DNA of 6,919 nucleotides from positions 1-6,919 of the forward strand of contig NW_021829172.1 of the NCBI RefSeq assembly GCF_006345805.1. Reading direction: 5' to 3'. The stretch's first letter is position 1; the number at the start of each line of letters is the position of its first letter. This DNA is from Octopus sinensis (lineage: Eukaryota). Shown here one piece after another: positions 1-6,919 of this stretch. The notes beneath the pieces were generated by a model. That model did not search any database. It saw only the letters and a list, made by a program, of their open reading frames with translations, and had not been told where the DNA came from. The position numbers and the translations under genes were made by a program.

Positions 1-70
1 GGTGCTACGATAATGTTATCATTTTTGAGCTTTGATTGACTCGGGGGAGACGGCCATCATTGCCGTTACA

Positions 71-115
<45 letters not shown>

Positions 116-151
116 GTTATTGTTATTGTTATTATTATTATTATTATTATT
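71..151. repeat. (ATT/TAA)27 microsatellite abutting the 3' end of retroelement A
   Basis: 27 consecutive triplets from 71 to 151, all ATT except GTT at 116, 122 and 128. Confidence 0.98.
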
Positions 152-2084
152 ATATGCACAAGCTGGCTCCAAGTCCAGAGACCTCAAGAGACAACAAGTT
201 GGAAGTTCATGTTGGTGTTATGCCTAGGGTACCATATTTTTGGTTTTGCACTTAGTGTTGTACTAGTGAATGTCTAAAAACCATACGAAAATTATGTTTG
301 TTTTAAAACTTGAGATTACATAGAAAGTATTTTGCGTAGGATATGAGCAGTTCCCATGAGCACTATCTTTTGAATTTCTGCCATTTTGGGTTTCCATTTT
401 GGGTTAGGTAGCAATCAGCTCCTTTTGCTATCATTCCCAGGGCACCTATGACAACAGGTGTTGTTTTAGTCTTCAGGTTCCACATTTTTCTGATTTCTAT
501 TTCCAGATCTTTATATTTGCTCAGTTTCAGGTAGGTCTAGACAGATACGTTTATATCGATTGGGACAGTCATATCAACGAGGAGGCATATTCTTTGTCTG
601 AAGTCTTTCAATATGATGTCTGGCCTATTTGCATCTATCTTTCTGTCAGTTTGAATGGTGAAGTTCCAGAGGAGTGAGATGTGGTCATTTTCAAGCACTG
701 GGGGTGGTTTGTGTTCCCACCAGTTTTTATGATGGGGCAAATCCAGGTTTTTGCAGATTACCCAGTGAATATATTGTGCAGCTTTATCATGCCTGTTGAG
801 ATACTCTGTAGGCGCTAGAAGCCTGCACTTGGAGACAACATGATCAATGGTTTCATTTTGTTGTTGACATACACGACATGTTGGGCTTCTGCCGTTCTTT
901 AATATGTTGGCCTGGTAGTTTCTTGTTGGTAGGCATTGAACAAGAGCTTCTATGATAAACCCTTCTGTTTCAGATTTTAAGTCAGAGGCCATTAGCCATT
1001 GATGGGTCAGGGCTTTGTCAACATCTGCATTATTCGCTCTCTTTGAGTATTTGCCATAGAGAGGTTTTTCTTGCCATTTATCATTCAGAATATCTAAGGC
1101 AACAGTTTTAGCACGGGTTTTCATGCGCTTAGCTTTTTCTGTGCTTGTTTCTTGTATATCTATCTCTAATTCCGAAATTGGTTGTATTCGGAATTCAATT
1201 AGATATTCCTTTGCCTGTTATGTTACTAAATAGGGTGCTTTCTTGTTTTCATGTTTTGAGACAAGTTTTAACATCCAGTCCTCAGAGATTTTCAGTTAGG
1301 TGTCTAGGCCAATTGTAGCAATCTTCATTGTTATTGCCAGTTGTAAAAGTCCACGGCCTCCCTCTTTTCTTGGCAGATAAAGTCGTTCTATATCTCCCTT
1401 AGGGTGGTGCATTCTATGCCTTGTCAACAGTTTTCGTATTTTTCTGTCAAAATTACATATTTCAGTAATTGACCAGTTAACGATATTGAAGCTGTAAGTC
1501 ACGACTGGTATGGCTAAAGCATTGATCGCTTCGATCCTGTTTCTCGCATTTAGCTCTGTCTTGAGTATTGCTCTCACTCTGCGATAACATTCTCTCCTGA
1601 TCCTTTCCTTCATCACTGAATGCCTTATTCCGTCCCCTCCAATTATCCCTGGCTACTTGTAGCTCTCCGCTGGGTCTAATTCTTTTATGACATTCCGCTG
1701 GTCAAGGTTAACGTTAGATGTTTCTGTCATTTTTCCTTTGATAAAGGTAGCGTTTGCACATTTATCGAGGCCAAATTGCATTCTGATGTCATCGCTGAAT
1801 TGTTTAACAATCGTTAGTAAGCCCTTGAGTTGTTGGACATTTTTTGCAAAGAGCTTTAAATCATCCATGTGAATGAAATGATTTATATTTTTATCCAACA
1901 TTTTATATCCGTACTCTGCGTCATTGAGCAAAGATAGTGAGTCACCCTGGAAAATGCCACATGAAATTTTTACATCACTAGCTTTTAGAGATTCATCGTC
2001 ACTGTTCAAAGTTAGCGTGGTTCTCCATGATCTCATACTTACAGACAAAAAGTTTTGCAGAGTAGGTGCTTTTTTTGCTATTTT
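152..2084 (-). mobile_element. Non-LTR retrotransposon copy A, R4/Dong clade (RT plus restriction-like endonuclease), 5'-truncated and decayed
   Basis: One minus-strand frame carries RT motifs GIFQGDSLS (to 1932), HMDDLKL (HMDD at 1860-1871), FGLDKC and YK*PG (YKYLG-like). It continues through the thumb/linker RLYLPRKEGGRGL, a CCHC knuckle CRVC-x8-H-x4-C (825-878) and a PD-(D/E)xK nuclease RPD...D (618-626, 573-575). The C-terminus ends AHILRKILSM* (stop 316-318), followed by a ~160-nt 3' UTR and then (TAA)n. The clade assignment rests on motif layout and the TAA target known for Dong elements. The ends are uncertain by a few nt because they merge into the repeats. Confidence 0.9.
316..2084 (-). 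pseudogene. Disrupted RT-zinc knuckle-RLE ORF of copy A
   Basis: Track ORFs 1653..2048, 1296..1616 and 537..1124 are all in one frame. It is broken by in-frame stops at 1653-1655, 1296-1298, 1218-1220 and 537-539, and by a frameshift near 381-405 (net -4 nt versus copy B). There is an in-frame deletion just after QGDSLS. The N-terminus is missing. Confidence 0.93.
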
Positions 2085-2122
2085 ATTATTACTATTATTA
2101 TTATTATTGTATTATTATTATT
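2085..2122. repeat. Interrupted (ATT)~12 spacer between the 5' end of copy A and the 3' end of copy B
   Basis: ATT ATT ACT (ATT)5 GT (ATT)4, with a 2-nt phase shift at 2109-2110. Confidence 0.95.
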
Positions 2123-2123
2123 A

Positions 2124-3472
2124 CTTTTTTTTTCTTCTTTCAAATTTGCTTCCATTTCTTGCCGAGCATCTTCCCGACTCCTAGGGCAAAGAAACTCATA
2201 GTATACATTTGTAGGCCATTAAACCAAACTCAAATAGTTCGTTCATTTAAAAAAAAAATTTTTTTAAGGTTAAATTAAAATACATGGGCAGTAACAGCTC
2301 TCACAGCGACGATGCTCTTCTCAACACATGTGATGTACCAGTTAAGACAATCTTTTGCACTTCTTGCAGGGATGGTAAGCCAGGGATCATTCTCATATAA
2401 TTTTCGGTTCCCTTCTTGATCATTCCTAGTGCTCCTACGATCACTGGTATTGTAACCGCCTTGAGATGCCACATTTTCTCAATTTCAATGAGTAGGTCTT
2501 TATATTTTCTGAGCTTGTCAAACGCTTCGCTGAGATATTATGATCACAGGGGATGCTCATGTCGATCAATAAGCAAACTTTATTGTTTTGGTCTTTCACA
2601 ACAATATCTGGTTTATTGGCCTTGATGGTTCGGTCTGTATGTACTGGAAAGTCCCACAGAATGGTCACATTTTCTCCTTCAGTTACAGCCTCAGGGTGGT
2701 GATTATACCACTTGTCGGCAGTTTTGATATTGTAATGGCGACTTATTAGCCAGTGTAGATATTGGCCAACTCTGTCATGTCTTAATTTATACTCCACTGG
2801 TGCTAAGACTTTACATTCAGAGATTAGGTGGTCCACTGTTTCAATCATGTCGTTGCAGAATCGGCATTTTGGGTCTGCTCCATTTTTCATCACATTGGCC
2901 TGGTAGTTCCGGGTTAATAGGCTTTGATCTTGAGCAGCCAGGATGAAACCTTCGCTCTCTGCTTTTAGCCCTGAACTCCGTAGCCACTGATGGGTTTGCT
3001 TCTGGTCAACATCAGCTTGTTTGCTGCGGGCTACATATTTGCCGTGCAGAGGTTTCTCCTCCCACCTATCAGCCAATTGCTCGTGCGCTTTTTTCGTTGC
3101 CCTTATTTTCACCTTCTCTGCAACAATAGTTGCCGTACTTCCCTCAGCAAATGTTTTGCTTTCCTTTATGATAGAATGAAGCTTCTTTCGTCTCTCGTGA
3201 TTTTCCACGAGCTTCAGCATCTAGTCATTCGTTATTTCAAGATATTTGGCCAGTCCAATTGTGGTTGTTTTGTAAGCTAGTTCAAATTGGATCAGGCCTC
3301 GACCTCCTTGGGCTCTGGGAAGGTAAAGGCGATCTACGTCTGCCTTTGGGTGGTGCATCCTATTACAACTCAGCAGCTTGCGTATTTTCCTATCTATATT
3401 CTTTACTTCATTCATATTCCAGTTCAACACATTGTAGCTATAAGTAACAACTGGAACTGCTAAGGAATTTAT
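2124..3472 (-). mobile_element. Non-LTR retrotransposon copy B, R4/Dong clade, a different family from copy A, 5'-truncated and decayed
   Basis: Starts at INSLAVPVVTYS and includes RLYLPRAQGGRGL, a CCHC knuckle CRFC-x8-H-x4-C (2813-2866) and a nuclease KPD (2606-2614)...D. The C-terminus ends SHVLRRASSL* (stop 2301-2303), followed by a ~175-nt 3' UTR ending in an A-rich tail and then (TAA)n. My manual ungapped alignment to copy A gave about 90/180 identical residues. Confidence 0.9.
2301..3472 (-). pseudogene. Disrupted linker-zinc knuckle-RLE ORF of copy B (RT catalytic core absent)
   Basis: ORFs 3221..3553 and 2441..3220 are in frame and separated by TAG at 3221-3223, where copy A has Trp (EDWMLKLV). 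A 1-nt deletion near 2523-2528 shifts the frame; the true C-terminus FDKLRKYKDLLIEIEKMWHLK...RRASSL* aligns with copy A. The linker is about 14 codons shorter than in copy A. Confidence 0.93.
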
Positions 3473-3474
3473 TA

Positions 3475-3510
<36 letters not shown>

Positions 3511-3524
3511 GTATATATATATAT
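3471..3524. repeat. (ATT)12 followed by imperfect (AT)n, at the 5' junction of copy B
   Basis: 12 triplets at 3471-3506 (one GTT at 3477), then ATATGTATATATATATAT at 3507-3524. Confidence 0.96.
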
Positions 3525-4358
3525 TTATAAAATACGGATTGAGAAAATCGCATGTTACAAGGCCAACAATCGTTTCTATTGTATCGACATATCTAGATAT
3601 AGAAAATATTGAAATTTATATATTCGAAAATACATGTTAACACGATGTTTTCAAGGCGATCCAAAATTAGTTAAATTCAAAGTGAATTAAAAAATTATAT
3701 CTGTGATTAAAGGATTCGTTTCTGACAAGTAACATCGCTTCAAAGTTGTTTTTGCTTTAGTTTTGATCAACCTTGATAATACAAACCTATGTTTAAAGGC
3801 ATTCTAGCTATGACCATTTCATCATCTTAAACTCAGACTTTGTGTAAAAAGGATTGTATCATAAAAAGTGTCCTTCCATCTTGAAATCGATATGGTTCAA
3901 TTTCAGGATCATCGATTAGACAGTCGTACTGCTCCTACCTAAAGATCATCTCTTAGTATTTCATAAGACTATTTTGAAAGAAGCGAGTGATTCAGAATGC
4001 TAGGGTAGGATAGATCTTGTTTATAAATGTTATAACATTGTTTTTCTATTGATATATTTCGGGACGGTCATTTTTTTTTGCCAAATAAACACACTCACTA
4101 TATATTCATTCTTCACTTCAGATTCATTATTGTTCTTATTTTATCGCCTCTTTCTGAAAATCTTTCGTCACACATCCTGTGACCTCTTCAGCGATTAATG
4201 GAAATATATTTCCCTTATCAATATTTTTCGGGCTATATGCACAGCAGCTTCATCAAGTCTTATATTTTAATGTATAAACAACACTGACTTAAGATACGTG
4301 TATATTCATGAATGTATATACCTCTTTGAGTGTGTGTATGTTTGTGTATAAGTACACA

Positions 4359-4366
4359 TGTGTGAG

Positions 4367-4401
<35 letters not shown>
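4359..4401. repeat. (TG)n microsatellite
   Basis: Pure (TG)13 at 4375-4400, with imperfect TG units extending back to about 4359 and more weakly to about 4330. Confidence 0.95.
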
Positions 4402-4404
<3 letters not shown>

Positions 4405-4629
4405 TGCAGTACGTATGTACGCATCTGTGGTGCAAACGTTTATATTCAAATGGATAACTATATTTGGGATGTGAGAAGGATGTGAACCTGCAAACAAATA
4501 TATGACTTGTGGCTTATTTAACTGAGTAGCAGAAAAGGAACGTCAAATATTGTCAAGATAATTTGCTTATGTAGTAAAGGTGAGTACCATCCATTACATT
4601 CCTGCAAAAAAAGCAAGAAAAATGTCCAA

Positions 4630-4632
<3 letters not shown>

Positions 4633-4692
<60 letters not shown>
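4633..4692. repeat. (AC)30 microsatellite
   Basis: Perfect 60-bp AC run. Confidence 0.98.
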
Positions 4693-4695
<3 letters not shown>

Positions 4696-4961
4696 GTAAA
4701 AACAAATAAGGAAAGAAAGACAGAGTTTTGCAGCTTGTGTTATGGCTACCCTTTGCATGACGGAGAAGGTTTGATGATGTAAATTCGAACTCTTCATGTC
4801 CTATACTGAACACTCCGCGTTACTGTCGTTCTGAAATTCAAGAAAGTAGAAGACATGAATTGACCCAGAAAACGGACCATTCAAAACAGAAAATTTAAGC
4901 AATCGGTTTACATTTTGCCTCTGCACAGATTGACAGACAGGTTGTTTACTTTACTTGTGGA

Positions 4962-5134
4962 TAGTGCCGTCTCAAGGTGTAGGTACACTGGATAATTAAT
5001 TGCTTGAGGGCCTCACTAGTCTAGGGGCTCAGTTATAATCTATGTATGCTGTGGCTTGCAGGCAGTAACTATATACTTTAGGGCCCAGTGTATTTCGTTG
5101 CCCAACGGTCTATAGTGCTACTAAGCTGGTCCTT
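4962..5134. mobile_element. Decayed non-autonomous hAT-superfamily (Tip100-like) MITE, 173 bp
   Basis: Flanked by an 8-bp duplication, CTTGTGGA (4954-4961) and CTTATGGA (5135-5142), matching 7/8. The left end reads TAGTGCCGTCTCA and the reverse complement of the right end reads AAGGACCAGCTTA. Both are derivable from a CAGGGCCGTCTTA-type TIR, although they match each other at only about 7/12. Subterminal AGGGCCTC, AGGGGCTC and AGGGCCCA motifs recall the MER45-like Tip100 layout (from memory). An 8-bp TSD is the established hAT signature. Confidence 0.75.
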
Positions 5135-6447
5135 CTTATGGAGTAAATCACTTACTATTCGTACTTTTACCTACTACTAGTTCATGACGGCCAATTTTAC
5201 CCAACAGCGATCAGTACAACAACTTTCCAGAAACTACCAATTATGTTGCTCACTTATCGACCGCGATACCATAGCTTGGTCCAGCTACACAGTTCGGTTA
5301 TCAGCCGTGATACTACGAGTATCGTACAGTGTAATTTGAGTTATGGAGTCCACATATTTTCCGTTTCCGTACACGGATTAAACAATTTCGACAAGTTGCA
5401 TCATTACTGATAATATGAACGATATTTAATTTACAGTTACAAGCATTGAAGCTAAGTTACAAACTATCGTAGCTTAAACTACAATTACAAGCCACAAGTC
5501 ATCATAGTTTACGGTTACACGTCCTTGAAATGCAACTTTTCATTCATCTGGTCTCAGTAGGAGACGCGTGCTTAGCCGAGCGATGACCCAAAGCAGTAAA
5601 CTTATTCCTACCAGTTTCTCATAAAGCATATTTAATTTCTTTTCATTTTATTCTACTCTAACTGAAATTCACAAACGACCAGCATAGTACGTTTTCTATT
5701 TATGAATTACTTAATGAACATTGATACAAGAACATTTATCAAACACATTTCTACGAGTGTATTATCTAACTTGCTCCTCCTTCGTATTAACAGTGTTGTG
5801 CTATGATATTACTTTGAACTTTCGTTCTCGTATGTTACTTTGAACTACTATTTTTTTCAAACGTCAGCAAAGTTTAGTTTTCTGGCTGTTGCAGATCCTA
5901 CTATATAACTTCCAGAGTTTTGTAAAAGAAATAACCGCAAATTAATATCGAAATAAATAGTTTACTCCTTGAAATATTTCATACAAAAAGCTTACTTCAC
6001 TAGATGCAGTTGTTATATTTTCAGTTATAAAGCTAAGGAGGATGGACTAGCTCTGTGTGATATCATTGGAGAATAAGAGTAAAACTGCTTTATGCAATTA
6101 AGCCATACAAGAATTTGACTATTTTAAAAGATTTCATTGAATATACTTTTTTTTTATTATAAGTTGTCAAACACAACTCCATACTCTCACTTGTATTTGA
6201 ATTGGTTTAGAGACAGGGTTTCTTTTTAGGCAGGAAGTGCAAAACTGATATATATTATTAAGGCAGAAATAGGCTTATAATTTTCTGCTAAGCACGTTTT
6301 ACACTCCGGTTAGATAACATTTTACAGGCTGTGGTAAGATAGATTTGTATCCTAATTTTGGCTTCCATATTAAAAAAAACAAAAAAACTTACCTAGTGTT
6401 TTCTGTAGACTTCCCAGATCTGACACCAATATTAAGTCCAATCTCAA

Positions 6448-6664
6448 GATGGCGAGCCGGCAGAGTCATTAACATGCTGGACAAAATGCTTAGCAACATT
6501 TCGTCCGTCTTATGTTCTCAGTTCAGATTCCGCCGCGGTCGACTTTGCCTTTCATCCATACGGGTTCGATAAAATAAGTACCAGTTGAGTACTGGGGTCG
6601 ATGTAATCGACTTACCCCCTCTCCCGAAACTGCTGGCCTTGTGCCAAAATTTGAAAGCAATATT
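6448..6664 (+). mobile_element. tRNA-derived SINE, apparently full length, resembling the abundant octopus SINE (OK/OR-type; exact family not verified)
   Basis: tRNA-like head with an A-box-like CGGCAGAGTCAT (6458-6469) and a B-box GTTCAGATTCC (6521-6531). The body GTCGACTTTGCCTTTCATCC...GATAAAATAAGTACCAGTTGAGTACTGGGGTCGATGTAATCGACTTACCCC and the tail GTGCCAAAATTTGAAAGCAATATT match my memory of a high-copy octopus repeat. No clear TSD was found. Confidence 0.85.
6458..6531 (+). promoter_or_regulatory. Degenerate internal RNA polymerase III type-2 promoter (A and B boxes) of the SINE
   Basis: A-box-like 6458-6469 and B-box-like 6521-6531 (GTTCAGATTCC versus consensus GTTCRANNCC). Both have drifted from consensus and activity is unknown. 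Confidence 0.55.
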
Positions 6665-6672
6665 AATTTTAT

Positions 6673-6740
6673 TAAGTACCAGTTGAATACTGGGGTCGAT
6701 ATAATCGATTTATTCCTTCTCCCGAAATTTGAAACTAATC
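6673..6740 (+). mobile_element. Partial second copy of the SINE 3' half
   Basis: 6673-6727 aligns without gaps to 6575-6629 at 49/55 identity, then jumps to TTTGAAA, lacking about 20 nt (CTGCTGGCCTTGTGCCAAAA) that are present in the first copy. Confidence 0.9.
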
Positions 6741-6919
6741 CTATCCTGATGTCTTCTCACTTTGTAGTTTTTCTTCAGCTTTAGTGACTGTTCAAAGTCT
6801 GGAGTAGTTTTACAGTTGACGTCGGTACGTATTCCTTCTTGATTATAACGGATGTTATACTTAAATAGTTTTTTTTTCTAGGCCTTTTTCTTCATTCTTT
6901 TTTACAAGATGTTATCACT

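Noticed and set aside
1-70. Flank ending in ...CCGTTACA, like the TTACA end of a Gypsy LTR
   Set aside because: Only 5 nt of similarity at the window edge, with no PBS, PPT or second LTR visible.
5-277. ORFs with poly-Asn, poly-Ile and poly-Leu (5..187, 32..277, 36..227), and similarly 2066..2278 and 1924..2184
   Set aside because: Translations of the ATT repeat or antisense frames of the retroelements; no independent coding signal.
3221-3223. TAG at a Trp position that A-to-I editing (UAG to UIG) could in principle repair in a cephalopod
   Set aside because: TGG>TAG is the commonest nonsense route. The copy also has a frameshift and lacks the RT core, so repair would restore nothing, and there is no evidence of editing.
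1687-3447. Plus-strand ORFs 1687..1872, 2416..2625, 2990..3280, 3259..3447 and minus-strand ORF 2275..2472
   Set aside because: Shadow or off-frame ORFs over the retroelement sequence with no recognisable motifs. The last ~29 aa of ORF 2441..3220 are likewise a frameshift artefact.
4306-4813. ORFs 4306..4497, 4553..4813 and 4594..4797 with HT/CV repeats
   Set aside because: Translations of the TG and AC microsatellites.
4793-4859. 13/15 inverted repeat (4793-4807 with 4845-4859) as a possible pre-miRNA
   Set aside because: The stem is short and the 37-nt loop is poorly paired; a few such matches are expected by chance in this window.
4502-5502. Perfect 14-bp inverted repeat ATGACTTGTGGCTT (4502-4515) / AAGCCACAAGTCAT (5489-5502) as possible TIRs of a 1-kb element
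   Set aside because: It does not extend in either direction and has no TSD. One such match in 7 kb is not far from chance by my rough estimate.
5802-5846. Direct repeat TTACTTTGAACT at 5809-5820 and 5835-5846
   Set aside because: Only two units of 12 bp; an ordinary small slippage duplication.
6387-6447. Minus-strand consensus donor AG|GTAAGT at 6387-6394, with upstream frame IGVRSGKSTENT resembling a P-loop
   Set aside because: The spacing does not fit GxxxxGK[ST], there is no good acceptor, and the frame runs into the SINE. An isolated donor motif is not evidence of an exon.
6448-6535. Possible tRNA gene
   Set aside because: No complete cloverleaf, and it continues into the SINE body; it is the tRNA-derived head of the SINE.
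6345-6572. 75-aa plus-strand ORF
   Set aside because: Half of it is SINE sequence, it uses a non-ATG start, and it has no recognisable protein features.
6575-6727. Two spaced direct repeats as a possible CRISPR array
   Set aside because: Only two 55-nt units, both SINE-derived, in a eukaryotic context with no cas genes.

Overview
AT-rich, microsatellite-dense animal DNA with no supportable host protein-coding gene. It is probably an octopus (coleoid cephalopod) locus, judged from my recollection of the SINE at 6448-6664; no database was searched. Positions 71-3506 form an ordered array on the minus strand: (ATT)27 / decayed R4-Dong-clade non-LTR retrotransposon A (152-2084) / (ATT)~12 / decayed R4-Dong element B (2124-3472) / (ATT)12. 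Both elements are 5'-truncated and in the same orientation, and they share only about 50% amino-acid identity, so two different families appear to have integrated into the same (TAA)n microsatellite. The rest holds a (TG)n and an (AC)30 tract facing each other, a 173-bp hAT-type MITE with an 8-bp target-site duplication, a CpG-rich unexplained segment, and a tRNA-derived SINE followed by a partial second copy. All long ORFs in the track are fragments of the two retroelements or microsatellite artefacts. I found no convincing wholly new system. The most interesting item is the multi-family (TAA)n landing-pad array and its junction signatures.
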